Shown: positions 1-10,174 of the stretch, in pieces
Numbering within the stretch: the first letter of the stretch is position 1
How the letters are laid out: the number at the start of each line of letters is the position of its first letter
NCBI GenBank assembly: GCA_965226055.1
Contig: CBDDCA010000006.1
Coordinates: 224,001-288,000, forward strand
DNA from: Spirochaetia bacterium
GTDB lineage: Bacteria > Spirochaetota > Spirochaetia > WTKD01 > G963693115
Direction of reading: 5' to 3'
DNA length: 64,000 bases
Translations under genes and position numbers: made by a program
Notes under the pieces: model-generated
What the model was told of the DNA's origin: nothing
What the model saw: only the letters and a program-made list of their open reading frames with translations
Databases searched by the model: none

Positions 1-54
1 ATGTGCTTCTGAGTCTGCGGTGCATTCATGTGCATAAAATAAAATGCAGTTCAT
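1..54 (-). CDS. Possible 5' end of a gene running off the window (MNCILFYAHE..., perhaps RsmE-like)
   Basis: AAGGAG immediately before ATG at 54; frame open to the window edge; only 18 codons visible. Confidence 0.25.
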   Translation of the reverse strand, partial: MNCILFYAHECTADSEAH

Positions 55-144
55 CTCCTTACTGTAGAGTACAACAGGTAGGTGTTAGCATGAAACACTT
101 GTGCTGTTACTATACCTATACTATACCTACTATCCTAATAGCCA

Positions 145-495
145 CTATCCCGGAGGCCAGTGGAGTTGTCGACCAGCAAGTATATGAGCGTGCAAATAAA
201 ATACTGTTTGTGCTGCTGAAGCACCATTGTTTATCACTACTCGATACCCGTCTTTTTCCAGTTTCAAAGCCCGTGCAGTCAAAGCTACTCCCTGAAGAAA
301 ATGCCCCATATATGTAGCATCATGTTCGGGACATTCACTTATAAAAGCGAGTTTCTTTTTCGGTATCACTAGCACATGCACTGGTGCTTGTGGTTGAATG
401 TCAGTAAAGGCAAGGACATATTCATTTTCAAATACTACATCAGCAGAGATTTCCTTGTTGAGTATTTTCTCAAACAGAGTTGGTTGTGTTTCCAT
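145..495 (-). CDS. hinT: HIT (histidine triad) nucleotide-binding protein, HinT-like
   Basis: TLFEKI, AFTDIQPQAPVHVLVIPK, QTVFYLHAHILAGR and C-terminal WPPG motifs; first His of HxHxH is Tyr. Confidence 0.9.
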   Translation of the reverse strand: METQPTLFEKILNKEISADVVFENEYVLAFTDIQPQAPVHVLVIPKKKLAFISECPEHDATYMGHFLQGVALTARALKLEKDGYRVVINNGASAAQTVFYLHAHILAGRQLHWPPG

Positions 496-500
496 ATGCT

Positions 501-1082
501 CTACGCTAAATCACAGGCTTCTGGTGGCATCCAATGTGCATCTTGTCCATCCCACTTTACATTACATCCTATAGGATTGGTAACTTCAATGCGTGGTTTT
601 TTTCCTGCTACAATATCTTCTAGTACCATATCAAGCGTATGCTCAGTAATTTTATCTACTTCTCTTGGGCTGTCCACTGCTCTGCCAGTATAGACAAGCT
701 CTCTTTGTGTATTAAACACATAAAAATGAGGCGTTCGTAACGCTCCATATTTTTTTGCAATCTCCTGTGTTTCATCTCTCAAGTAGATCCATGGAAAATG
801 CTGAGCTTGCATTCTTTCTTTCATCTTTTCAAAACTATCCTCAGGCTTTGTCTTTGCACTGTTAGAGTTAATACCGACAAACACCACTCCCTTGTCTTGG
901 TATGTTTCTACTGTCTTGCGTGTCAACTCATCAGAATTGATAACAAAGGGACAATGATTACAGGTAAAAAAGAGAACAAGAGTATTTGCATCTGCAAAAT
1001 CTGCCATACTGTATTCTTTTCCATCGGTAGCAGGTAATGAAAAATCAATAGCTTTTTCCCCTATTTGTAATGTAAACGCCAT
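501..1082 (-). CDS. Thioredoxin/peroxiredoxin-like family protein (AhpC/TSA, PRX-like1)
   Basis: FTCNHCPFV Cxx[17 protein letters not shown] and IGCNVKW motifs. Confidence 0.9.
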   Translation of the reverse strand: MAFTLQIGEKAIDFSLPATDGKEYSMADFADANTLVLFFTCNHCPFVINSDELTRKTVETYQDKGVVFVGINSNSAKTKPEDSFEKMKERMQAQHFPWIYLRDETQEIAKKYGALRTPHFYVFNTQRELVYTGRAVDSPREVDKITEHTLDMVLEDIVAGKKPRIEVTNPIGCNVKWDGQDAHWMPPEACDLA

Positions 1083-1285
1083 AAAGCCTCCTTATTGATA
1101 AAAGTATTATACTCTTATCATATTATTTTCTGTTTATTTTTTCGTGTTATTTTTTTGCTTTCTACACTATCTTTAGTATAATAGATGTAAGAGGAAATTG
1201 CAATTATATCACCTCAGCAAACTTAGGGTATCACAGCAATGTAGCAAGCCAATACAACAACAATAAATAGCACTATAGTTGTAAG

Positions 1286-1681
1286 CTACTCAAGAGAAGA
1301 TTCTTGAATGAAGCTATCGTACTCTGCTTGTGTCATACAGGTTTGTTGCAATAATTCTAGTGAGGGGAGTACTCCTTTTACAAACCAGCCTTTCGTCATA
1401 GGGTCTGAGTTTACTATACTCGGTTGTTCTTGTAATAGTTCATTTACTGCTTGTAAGGTGCAGTCACAGGGATAGTATATATCTGAGGCAATTTTAGAGG
1501 ATTCAATAACTGCTAATACCTCTCCTGTTACATATTCTATCTTGCTTTGCATAATATCTGCAAACACTAACTCACCAAAACTCTCTTGTCCATAGTCACT
1601 TATCCCAATACATACTGTCTTTGTTGCTACATCATCTATGCGTATCCATAAGTGTTCTTTTGTAAAATACAGTGTTTCCAT
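1286..1681 (-). CDS. gcvH: Glycine cleavage H-like lipoyl carrier protein
   Basis: YFTKEHLW, GISDYGQ, lipoyl motif IESSKIASDIY, VNSDP..GW. Confidence 0.85.
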   Translation of the reverse strand: METLYFTKEHLWIRIDDVATKTVCIGISDYGQESFGELVFADIMQSKIEYVTGEVLAVIESSKIASDIYYPCDCTLQAVNELLQEQPSIVNSDPMTKGWFVKGVLPSLELLQQTCMTQAEYDSFIQESSLE

Positions 1682-1713
1682 AATACTCCTTTGCCTTATT
1701 TTTTATAATGGCA

Positions 1714-4533
1714 TCACTTTGTTATCATAGTACGAAGTTCTTGCTCTATATGTATACTATTCTGTAATTGTTTTTCAATATCCTGTACTTCGCGAATAAT
1801 ACTCTCTCTATATTCTGGCTTTGCTTTTGATAGAAACTGCTCGCTTTCAAGCATCTTTTTCTTTGGAGCTAATGTGTTTTGTAGCTTTTTTTGTTTCCGT
1901 GCAATATTTATAAGCTCTTCTTGAATATCAATATGTTCTGCTATAAACACTGTACAGACAAACCCGCGTCCTGCAATGCCTATCCCTTGCTGCGAAGCGC
2001 TTTCTGATTCTATGCTCGTCTCATCAGCTCCACATAGATGATGTATAATGTGCCTTTGTTCTTGTATATACTGCAGTTGTTCTGCACTCTCTACTTGTAC
2101 ATGAAAACCAATACGCAGCTTAGGAGAAAGATTAAATTCACTACGAAGAGTACGCACTCCTCGCACTAGCTCTTGCAACAAAGCAAAATTTCTAGCATTT
2201 ATTTCTAAGGCTTTTTGTTTAGCTGCAGAGATACCAGACAGATCATCCGAAGTATATGATAGACTACATTGTTTTTCTGATATACTATCAAGTAGAGAAT
2301 CATGCACCAGCTTCCCCGATAAGAGAGCAGATTGTGTTGGATGTATTGTTTTTAATTGTTGATAAATTTCCTCTGTAATAAACGGCATAAACGGATGGAG
2401 TAAGGCTATATTCTCTTCAAGTATCCATACCAAAAAACTTGCTACTCTGTCTTTTTCCGCAATAGTCTCAATAGTATGCTTAGTATGCTTGCTATTGTCC
2501 AGTGATTCATCTGTAGTGTTGCTTGCCGTGTCCTGTTTCTGTTGCAAGCCTATTTTACTTATTTCAATGTACCAGTCACAAAAATCCCACCAAAAATACT
2601 CATACGCAATATGAGCAGCGTCATCAATACGATATTGTTTCATAGCTCGCTGTATATTATGTTGTGCCTGATGCAATTTATATACTATCCATTGTTCTGC
2701 ACTGCGAAACGATATATGCTTACAATCATGTATGGTACAGTCTTTCACATTCATAAGAAGATACCGTGATGCATTCCATACTTTGTTAGCAAAACGACTT
2801 CCAAGCTGAAAACTATCCTTATTGAGTGGAAGATCGCCTCCTAGTTTGCATAAAAACGCAAGCGTAAATTTTAGTGAATCTGCTCCAAATTCACTGATAA
2901 TCTCAAGAGGGTCAATACCGTTCCCCAGTGATTTACTCATCTTTCTTCCTTTATCATCACGTACAATACCATGAATAAAAATATGCTTAAAAGGAACAGT
3001 GTGAGTAAACTCCAGTCCTGCCATCACCATGCGTGCTACCCAAAAGAAAATAATATCATAGGCAGTTACCAATGTTGTAGTAGGATAAAAATGAGCAAGT
3101 TCATCTGTTTTCTGTGGCCATCCAAGTACTGTAAAAGGCCAGAGCCATGAAGAAAACCATGTGTCAAGTACATCCGTATCTTGTCGCAAATTACGCCCTT
3201 GATTTTCGGGCAATGTAGTAGGATCTTCTCGTGATACAAGCATTTCACCAGAATCATCGTCATACCATACAGGAATACGATGTCCCCACCATAATTGACG
3301 AGAAATACACCAATCACGAATATGTTTCATCCAATGTATGTAGGTATTTTCCCAATGTTTCGGATAAAAGTGTATATCTCCATTGTACAGTGCATCCAAT
3401 GCTTTTTTTGCCAAAGTCTTCATACGAACAAACCATTGTGTAGAAAGCAATGGTTCTATAGGTACGCCTGTACGATAACAATGTCCTACCTGATGCACAT
3501 GTTCCTGTGTTTTTTGTAAAAACCCTTGTTCTGCGAGATCTTGTGCTACTATATTTCGTGCCTTATGTACTGAGATACCTTGGTATTTTTCTGGTACCTC
3601 TTCATTTAAGCTCCCATCAAGATTAAGAATATTCACGCATTCTATAGTATGTCTCTTAGATATTTCATAATCGTCCATAGAATGCCCAGGAGTAACTTTT
3701 AATGCTCCTGTACCAAATTCGGCATCTACATGCTCATCAGCAATGATAGGAATTTTTTTATCAGTGAGAGGAAGATATACCTGTTTTCCCACCATAGCAG
3801 CATAGCGTGTATCAGCAGGATGTACCGCTATAGCGGTATCACCAAACATTGTTTCAGGACGAGTGGTAGCAACAGTAATACCTCCCTCTCCTTCAACATA
3901 TGGGTATGTTATCCAATAGAGCTTTCCTTGTACTTCTTTGTATTCCACTTCGTCATCACTTAACGCTGTTCCTGCACCTACTGACCAGTTTACAAGATAA
4001 CTACTCCTATAGATAAGCCCTTTCTCGTATAATTGTACAAATACCTCACGTACTGCTGTTGATAATGAATCATCTAAGGTAAAACATTCACGACTCCAAT
4101 CGCAAGAAATACCAAGACTCCGTAATTGCTGTATAATTTTTTTCTTATTTGTATGGGCTACCTTCCAAGTACGCTCTATAAATGCTTCTCTGCCTATATC
4201 GTTACGATGTTTGCCTTCCTTTGCAAGCTGTCGTTCAACGACTTGCTGTGTAGCAATTCCAGCATGGTCGCTGCCTGGCACCCACAAAGCACGGTGTCCT
4301 TGCATACGATAATAGCGCAGCAGTATATCTTGGATGCTATTGTTAAGTGCATGCCCCATATGCAACACTCCCGTAACATTTGGAGGAGGCATAACTACTA
4401 CAAAAGGAGGCTTTTGTTCCTGTAACGGAGAGTGTGCATCCTTATCATGATATTCAGGACGAAATACCTGTGCATCATCCCACAAGGCATGAATTTTTTC
4501 TTCAAAATCCCTAAAATTATATGTTTTTTCCAT
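1714..4533 (-). CDS. valS: Valine--tRNA ligase
   Basis: PPPNVTGVLHMGHA (HIGH), DWCISRQLWWGHRIP, KMSKS, C-terminal coiled coil. Confidence 0.98.
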   Translation of the reverse strand: MEKTYNFRDFEEKIHALWDDAQVFRPEYHDKDAHSPLQEQKPPFVVVMPPPNVTGVLHMGHALNNSIQDILLRYYRMQGHRALWVPGSDHAGIATQQVVERQLAKEGKHRNDIGREAFIERTWKVAHTNKKKIIQQLRSLGISCDWSRECFTLDDSLSTAVREVFVQLYEKGLIYRSSYLVNWSVGAGTALSDDEVEYKEVQGKLYWITYPYVEGEGGITVATTRPETMFGDTAIAVHPADTRYAAMVGKQVYLPLTDKKIPIIADEHVDAEFGTGALKVTPGHSMDDYEISKRHTIECVNILNLDGSLNEEVPEKYQGISVHKARNIVAQDLAEQGFLQKTQEHVHQVGHCYRTGVPIEPLLSTQWFVRMKTLAKKALDALYNGDIHFYPKHWENTYIHWMKHIRDWCISRQLWWGHRIPVWYDDDSGEMLVSREDPTTLPENQGRNLRQDTDVLDTWFSSWLWPFTVLGWPQKTDELAHFYPTTTLVTAYDIIFFWVARMVMAGLEFTHTVPFKHIFIHGIVRDDKGRKMSKSLGNGIDPLEIISEFGADSLKFTLAFLCKLGGDLPLNKDSFQLGSRFANKVWNASRYLLMNVKDCTIHDCKHISFRSAEQWIVYKLHQAQHNIQRAMKQYRIDDAAHIAYEYFWWDFCDWYIEISKIGLQQKQDTASNTTDESLDNSKHTKHTIETIAEKDRVASFLVWILEENIALLHPFMPFITEEIYQQLKTIHPTQSALLSGKLVHDSLLDSISEKQCSLSYTSDDLSGISAAKQKALEINARNFALLQELVRGVRTLRSEFNLSPKLRIGFHVQVESAEQLQYIQEQRHIIHHLCGADETSIESESASQQGIGIAGRGFVCTVFIAEHIDIQEELINIARKQKKLQNTLAPKKKMLESEQFLSKAKPEYRESIIREVQDIEKQLQNSIHIEQELRTMITK

Positions 4534-4707
4534 AATATATTACTATTCTCAGTATTGCTTACTATTTACTGTAGCATGTATACTTATTATAACAGGTTTT
4601 TGTTCTATAGATGGTATTGTTATAGTAGGAGAATACATTATACTTTCCACACTCTCTTTTACTGTGTATGTCTGATACATCCCCTTTGTAAATACTACAA
4701 TAATCAA

Positions 4708-4721
4708 AAAAAACTTGTATT
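4708..4721. repeat. Target-site duplication, left copy AAAAAACTTGTATT (right copy 5937-5950)
   Basis: Identical 14-mer abutting both terminal inverted repeats. Confidence 0.85.
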
Positions 4722-4759
4722 TGGAGTTTTACTATTTCGTATGAACCCTTTTGATAAAA

Positions 4760-5839
4760 TCAGTATACCGTAAAATTTCTATTATGCCAAGTGTGTAAAG
4801 TTCGTGTTGTAAGGAAAGTATCAACAATAAGAGGGCGCAGAGTAAGTACACAAGGATCCAGAGAGGGACTTTTTTCTTTGAGTAATACAGCAGGAGAGCC
4901 GTGTTTATAAGAGTTATAGCGTTGATGATTAAAGCTATATTGATACTCACTACTTAAGTGTAAAAAAGTACTGAGAGTAGGATTCTGCATTTTTGCATAG
5001 CATTCAGTTTCAATAAGTTTATGAGAAGCCTCGACATCAGAATTGTAAGTAGGAGAAGCATATGGGATAGTAGTATGGCGTGCCTCGTATGCCGCAAGAG
5101 AAGCAACAAAAGCAGACTGTTTTGTACTAAAAGCCCCTGAGATAAACTCAGAGCCATTATCAGTTTGAATAGTAATAGAGGAAGTATCAACGTGAAAAGA
5201 AGCAAGATGAGTAAGCAGATATTCAATAAACAAAGCGGTATGAGAAGAGCTTTTTTGAGTGGCAAAGCATATCCATAAAGCCCCCGTAGCGACATCACGT
5301 GCGGTGATTTGATACTTTGGGAGACAAAACTTGCGTAATGAGAAGTATAATTCGGGGATATCAGTAAGATATTTAATGTCTACTTGTATTTTGTGACAAA
5401 ATTGAAGTAGTGTTTTCCATAGGCGTACTTCTTGGTTTCTTTGTGCTTTTTGCTTTTTACTTGTCTTATAATACCCCATCTTTCTTAGATACTTAATAAT
5501 AGTTTTTATGGAATAAGGAATGGTATACTCTCGTTTTATATGAGAGGCAATACATCGTTGATGATAGTGCTGTAATGTTTCGCATATCTCTTTGAGTTTT
5601 AACTGATAGTAAAGTATCATAGTATCTGGATGCTCTACTGAAGCAGGACGTCTATCATAGAGCATAGCTTTAGGCTTCTCTTTGTATCTTTGCAACCACT
5701 TGCGTACGGTATTAGGAGATACATGAAAGATACGAGCAGTACTTTTGATACCGTGTTCTTTCGCAGAAAGTGCTATAGCTAAGCGTACCTTATGCAGTTC
5801 TTTTTGATTTCTTGTATTATAAAGTGTAGAGTATATCAT
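4760..5839 (-). CDS. IS481-family transposase (N-terminal HTH plus rve integrase core)
   Basis: HTH GIKSTARIFHVSPNTVRKWLQRY; DDE motifs IQVDIKY, IQTDNGSEF, NSDVEASH. Confidence 0.88.
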   Translation of the reverse strand: MIYSTLYNTRNQKELHKVRLAIALSAKEHGIKSTARIFHVSPNTVRKWLQRYKEKPKAMLYDRRPASVEHPDTMILYYQLKLKEICETLQHYHQRCIASHIKREYTIPYSIKTIIKYLRKMGYYKTSKKQKAQRNQEVRLWKTLLQFCHKIQVDIKYLTDIPELYFSLRKFCLPKYQITARDVATGALWICFATQKSSSHTALFIEYLLTHLASFHVDTSSITIQTDNGSEFISGAFSTKQSAFVASLAAYEARHTTIPYASPTYNSDVEASHKLIETECYAKMQNPTLSTFLHLSSEYQYSFNHQRYNSYKHGSPAVLLKEKSPSLDPCVLTLRPLIVDTFLTTRTLHTWHNRNFTVY

Positions 5840-5875
5840 GTACTCACCCCCTTTTTTTTGTTTTTGTTTATTATT

Positions 5876-5903
5876 TCCATGATAGTATAATTACTATCAT
5901 GGA
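5876..5903. other. Perfect 12-bp stem hairpin inside the IS upstream of the transposase
   Basis: TCCATGATAGTA-TAAT-TACTATCATGGA. Confidence 0.75.
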
Positions 5904-5954
5904 TTTTGGGGGTTCACACAAGATGGTAAAAGTACAAAAAAACTTGTATTTCTA

Positions 5955-5984
5955 TTGACAAACAAAGGATGAAAAGAATACAAT
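5955..5984 (+). promoter_or_regulatory. Sigma70-type promoter of nrdAB
   Basis: TTGACA (5955-5960), 18-bp spacer, TACAAT (5979-5984). Confidence 0.7.
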
Positions 5985-5999
5985 AAACAAAGCAATACC

Positions 6000-6047
6000 C
6001 CCCTATATGTAGTGTATAAGCCTAGCACATAACACTATATGTATGGT
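6000..6047. promoter_or_regulatory. Tandem NrdR boxes
   Basis: CCCCTATATGTAGTGT (6000-6015) and ACACTATATGTATGGT (6032-6047) fit the acaCwAtATaTwGtgt consensus, are 32 bp apart and lie upstream of nrdA. Confidence 0.8.
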
Positions 6048-6096
6048 CACGGTGCAATAACACAATTTTTATATTTAAGCAAGGGAGGAGGCCATA

Positions 6097-9000
6097 ATGC
6101 TTTTAGAAAATAACACACCAAAACACCCCCCTACGATACAGAAAGAAAGTTCATCATTGTTTACTCATGTTATAAAACGAACAGGAGAACCCCAACCATA
6201 TAACAATCAGCATATTAGTACTGCTATTCACAAAGCGTTTGTTGCCAACAATGTTCAAATTTCTCATAAAGATATTGAAGGACTTACCCACGAAGTAGAG
6301 CAAACACTTGCTACATTCCATAAAGATACAGTGCATATAGAAAAAATACAAGATACTATTGAAGAAATACTCATGAAGCACCATTTCTTTCAAGTGGCAA
6401 AACGCTTTATTATCTATCGACAAAAACATGCCGAAGAACGTCTCAATCAATCGCTTAAGAATCAAAAAAAAATACATACTCTTTCGGTAAAAAAAAGAGA
6501 TGGAACAAATGTATCGTTTGATAGTAATAAAATTATCAACACATTAAAACGAGTAAGTAAGGATATTGATATAGACACAGTATCTTTATCTGTTATTACC
6601 CATGAACTAGAACGAAATATATTTGATGGTATACACACATCAGAGTTAGAAGAAGCCCTTATTTTATCATGTGTTGCATTTATAGAACGAAACCCCAGTT
6701 ATGATACTATTGCAAAACGCTTACTCTTACAAAAAGTATATAAGAAAGTCATACCTACCATATCTCAAAAACAGAGAACAGAAGCTATACAAGCATCATT
6801 TATCACACAAATAAAAAAAGGGGTAGAGTATGGATACTTTACAAAACAATTATTAGAGTTTGATTTAGAAACTATTGCAAACGCAATAGACCCAAAACGA
6901 GATGAAGAATTTAAGTATTTAGGATTACAGACATTATGCGACCGATACTTTGTATCGCACAATAGAACATACATAGAAACCCCTCAAGCATTTTGGATGA
7001 GGGTAGCCATGGGGCTTGCTTTACATGAAGAACAAAAAGAAGAGCAAGCTATAAAATTTTATAATCTCATTTCTCAGTTATACTACATCCCTTCCACTCC
7101 AACCTTATTTCATTCGGGGATGGCACACCCACAGCTTAGCTCCTGTTATATTAGTACTATATCTGATAATCTTCAGAACATATTTAAGTGTATTGGAGAC
7201 AATGCACAGATGGCTAAGTGGTCAGGAGGAATTGGAAACGACTGGACACCCATACGTGCCACTAATGCTCTTATTAAAAGCACAAATGTAGAAAGTCAAG
7301 GAGTCATCCCGTTCTTAAAGATTGCAAACGATACTACTCTTGCAATAAATCGTAGTGGAAAAAGACGCGGTGCTACCTGTGCGTATCTTGAGACATGGCA
7401 TTTAGATATTGAAGATTTTCTTGATCTACGAAGAAATACTGGAGATGAACGTAGAAGAACACACGATATGAATACTGCGGTATGGATTCCTGATTTATTT
7501 ATGAAACGAGTATTGGAAGAAAAAGAATGGACATTGTTTTCACCAGATGATGTACCTGATCTTCATGATAGTTATGGAAAAGATTTTGAATACAAATATG
7601 CTCATTATGAAGAAAAAACACGTACAGGTGAACTCCCCCATTGTAAGAAAGTACCAGCACTTACGCTTTGGCGAAAAATTCTTTCTCGTCTTTTTGAAAC
7701 TGGGCATCCTTGGATAACATTTAAGGATCCCTGTAACATACGCAGCCCTCAAGATCATGTAGGAGTAGTACATAGCAGTAACCTTTGTACAGAAATTACC
7801 CTTAACAACTCAGAAGAAGAAACTGCAGTATGTAATTTAGGATCGATAAACCTTAAAAAGCACTGTGATGTAGATGGTATAAACCAGTATCTCTTATCAG
7901 AGACAATAAAAACGGCCATACGGATGCTTGATAATGTCATAGATATTAATTTTTATCCTACAAAAGAGGCAAAAAACAGTAATCTTAAACATAGACCTAT
8001 AGGGTTGGGACTTATGGGGATACAGGACGCATTGTTTACTCTGCGCATCCCTTTTGATTCTCCTAAAGCATTGGATTTTGTCGATTCTACAATGGAATAT
8101 ATATCATATAATGCTATACTTTCCTCTTCTGAGCTTGCAAAAGAAAGAGGAGCATATGAAACTTTTAAGGGATCAAAGTGGGATAGAGGCTTACTTCCTC
8201 ATGATACCGTAGCATTACTAGAAGAAGAACGTGGAATGCCCATAGAGGTAAATCGTAATTCATATCTCAACTGGGAACCAGTACGAGCGAGTATTACACA
8301 ATATGGAATGAGAAACAGTAATACTATGGCTATTGCTCCTACTGCCACTATATCTAATATTGCAGGATGCTTTCCTTGTATTGAGCCTATTTATAAAAAT
8401 ATATATGTAAAATCAAATATGAGTGGTGAATTTACCATACTTAATAGTTATCTCGTACAAGATATTCAACAAAGAGGATTATGGTCCCAAACCATGCTTG
8501 ACAAAATAAAATATTATGATGGAAATATTGATTTTATTGATGAAATTCCACAGGAATTAAAATCTCTCTACAAAGAAGTATTTGATATAGACCCCTTAAC
8601 ACTGCTAAAACTTACTGCGACACGAAGTAAATGGATAGATCAAAGTCAATCTCATAATGTATTTATCAAAGGAGTATCAGGAAAACGCCTTCATGACACG
8701 TATATAGCAGCATGGAAAATGGGATTAAAAACTACCTATTATTTGCGTTCTTTAGCAGCGACACAAATAGAAAAATCGACTCTTGATGCAAAAGAATATG
8801 GATATACGCAAAAAAGAAAATATATTACTACAGCCGATACTTCAACTGAAACAGCACCCTCTTCGCCCTCTCCTACTGCAACGCAAGACAGTACAGAAAT
8901 ACATACACAGGACACTGTTACGGCAAAAAATAATACTACAAGCAACGATATGGTACAGCGCATTATACAACAAGCAAATCAATCATCACAGCATACTATA

Positions 9001-9135
9001 CCATCTCAAACAGAAACTAAACAAGAAGAAAATAACCAATGGTTACCGAAAGAACAGCAAATTAACAGTAGTTCAATGATTTCACCAAATGCTATCTGCA
9101 GTCTTTTAGATCCTTCCTGTGAATCATGCCAATAA
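6097..9135 (+). CDS. nrdA: Ribonucleoside-diphosphate reductase alpha subunit with two N-terminal ATP cones
   Basis: VIKRTG and VKKRDG ATP cones, PQLSSCY, SSNLCTEI, APTATIS, KTTYYLRS, C-terminal CSLLDPSCESCQ. Confidence 0.97.
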   Translation: MLLENNTPKHPPTIQKESSSLFTHVIKRTGEPQPYNNQHISTAIHKAFVANNVQISHKDIEGLTHEVEQTLATFHKDTVHIEKIQDTIEEILMKHHFFQVAKRFIIYRQKHAEERLNQSLKNQKKIHTLSVKKRDGTNVSFDSNKIINTLKRVSKDIDIDTVSLSVITHELERNIFDGIHTSELEEALILSCVAFIERNPSYDTIAKRLLLQKVYKKVIPTISQKQRTEAIQASFITQIKKGVEYGYFTKQLLEFDLETIANAIDPKRDEEFKYLGLQTLCDRYFVSHNRTYIETPQAFWMRVAMGLALHEEQKEEQAIKFYNLISQLYYIPSTPTLFHSGMAHPQLSSCYISTISDNLQNIFKCIGDNAQMAKWSGGIGNDWTPIRATNALIKSTNVESQGVIPFLKIANDTTLAINRSGKRRGATCAYLETWHLDIEDFLDLRRNTGDERRRTHDMNTAVWIPDLFMKRVLEEKEWTLFSPDDVPDLHDSYGKDFEYKYAHYEEKTRTGELPHCKKVPALTLWRKILSRLFETGHPWITFKDPCNIRSPQDHVGVVHSSNLCTEITLNNSEEETAVCNLGSINLKKHCDVDGINQYLLSETIKTAIRMLDNVIDINFYPTKEAKNSNLKHRPIGLGLMGIQDALFTLRIPFDSPKALDFVDSTMEYISYNAILSSSELAKERGAYETFKGSKWDRGLLPHDTVALLEEERGMPIEVNRNSYLNWEPVRASITQYGMRNSNTMAIAPTATISNIAGCFPCIEPIYKNIYVKSNMSGEFTILNSYLVQDIQQRGLWSQTMLDKIKYYDGNIDFIDEIPQELKSLYKEVFDIDPLTLLKLTATRSKWIDQSQSHNVFIKGVSGKRLHDTYIAAWKMGLKTTYYLRSLAATQIEKSTLDAKEYGYTQKRKYITTADTSTETAPSSPSPTATQDSTEIHTQDTVTAKNNTTSNDMVQRIIQQANQSSQHTIPSQTETKQEENNQWLPKEQQINSSSMISPNAICSLLDPSCESCQ

Positions 9136-9166
9136 AAAATAGAAAAAAATAAAAAAAGGAGCATAT

Positions 9167-10165
9167 ATGCCTATTATCAATAATAATAAAACTGACCCTA
9201 ATAAAATTCTCCCTATGACCTATCATTGGGCAAGAGAACACTATAAAGAAGGAGTAGCCAATAATTGGACTCCTGAAGAAATTCCTATGCAACAAGATAT
9301 TGAACAATGGAAATCTTCAAATGTATTAAGCGATACCGAACGCAGATTGATATTATGGAACATAGGCTTTTTTTCAACAGCAGAATCCCTTACTGCAAAC
9401 AATATTGTATTAGCAATGTACACTCATATAACGAATCCTGAATGTCGTCAATATATGCTACGCCAAGCATACGAAGAAGCAATACATACTGATACTTTCA
9501 TTTATTGCTGTGATTCACTTGGACTTGACCCTGATACTATTTTTGGTATGTATGAAACAATACCTTCCATAAAAGAGAAGGATGATTTTGTTGTAGAACT
9601 CACAAAAAACGTATTTTCTCCTAACTTTACTACTGTAGGAGATGAAAACATACAACGCTTTGTACACGATCTTATAGGATATTATATTATTATGGAAGGC
9701 ATTTATTTTTATGCTGGATTTGCTATGATGTTAGCATTAAAACGCCAAAATAAAATGATAGGGGTAGGAGAACAGTTTGAGTATATTATGAGAGACGAAA
9801 GTATACACCTTGCATTTGGAGCAAATCTTATCAATACAATTGTTGCAGAAAACCCACAGATATGGACAGAACCATTTAAGCAAGAAATACTCTCTCTTAT
9901 TTCACAAGCAGTAGTACTTGAAAAACAATATGCTGTTGACGCCTGTCCTGAAGGAATACTCGGAATAAATGCTGATCAGTTTTGCAATTATGTTGAACAT
10001 ATTGCAGATAGACGCCTCGAAAGAATACATCTTCCTACACTATACAACAAAGAAAATCCATTTCCATGGATGAGCCAATCTACTGATTTATCAAAAGAGA
10101 AAAATTTCTTTGAAACTCGCGTAACAGAATATCAAGTGGGACAAAAACTAGAATGGGATGAATAA
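9167..10165 (+). CDS. nrdB: Ribonucleotide reductase beta subunit, class Ic (R2c) signature
   Basis: GFFSTAESL, EEAIHTDTFIY (Phe at the radical-Tyr site), MEGIYFYAGF, RDESIH, KEKNFFETRVTEYQ. Confidence 0.95.
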   Translation: MPIINNNKTDPNKILPMTYHWAREHYKEGVANNWTPEEIPMQQDIEQWKSSNVLSDTERRLILWNIGFFSTAESLTANNIVLAMYTHITNPECRQYMLRQAYEEAIHTDTFIYCCDSLGLDPDTIFGMYETIPSIKEKDDFVVELTKNVFSPNFTTVGDENIQRFVHDLIGYYIIMEGIYFYAGFAMMLALKRQNKMIGVGEQFEYIMRDESIHLAFGANLINTIVAENPQIWTEPFKQEILSLISQAVVLEKQYAVDACPEGILGINADQFCNYVEHIADRRLERIHLPTLYNKENPFPWMSQSTDLSKEKNFFETRVTEYQVGQKLEWDE

Positions 10166-10174
10166 TACATAGCA

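Larger units (their letters stand above)
4722..5936 (-). mobile_element. IS481-family insertion sequence (1215 bp) with ~27-bp imperfect terminal inverted repeats
   Basis: Left end TGGAGTTTTACTATTTCGTATGAACCC (4722-4748) matches the reverse complement of the right end, TGTACTTTTACCATCTTGTGTGAACCC (5910-5936); flanked by a 14-bp direct repeat; encodes a DDE transposase. Confidence 0.85.

Noticed and set aside
6097-9135. Intein or intron in the long nrdA
   Set aside because: Extra length is explained by two ATP cones and a C-terminal linker; no intein splice or homing-endonuclease motifs seen
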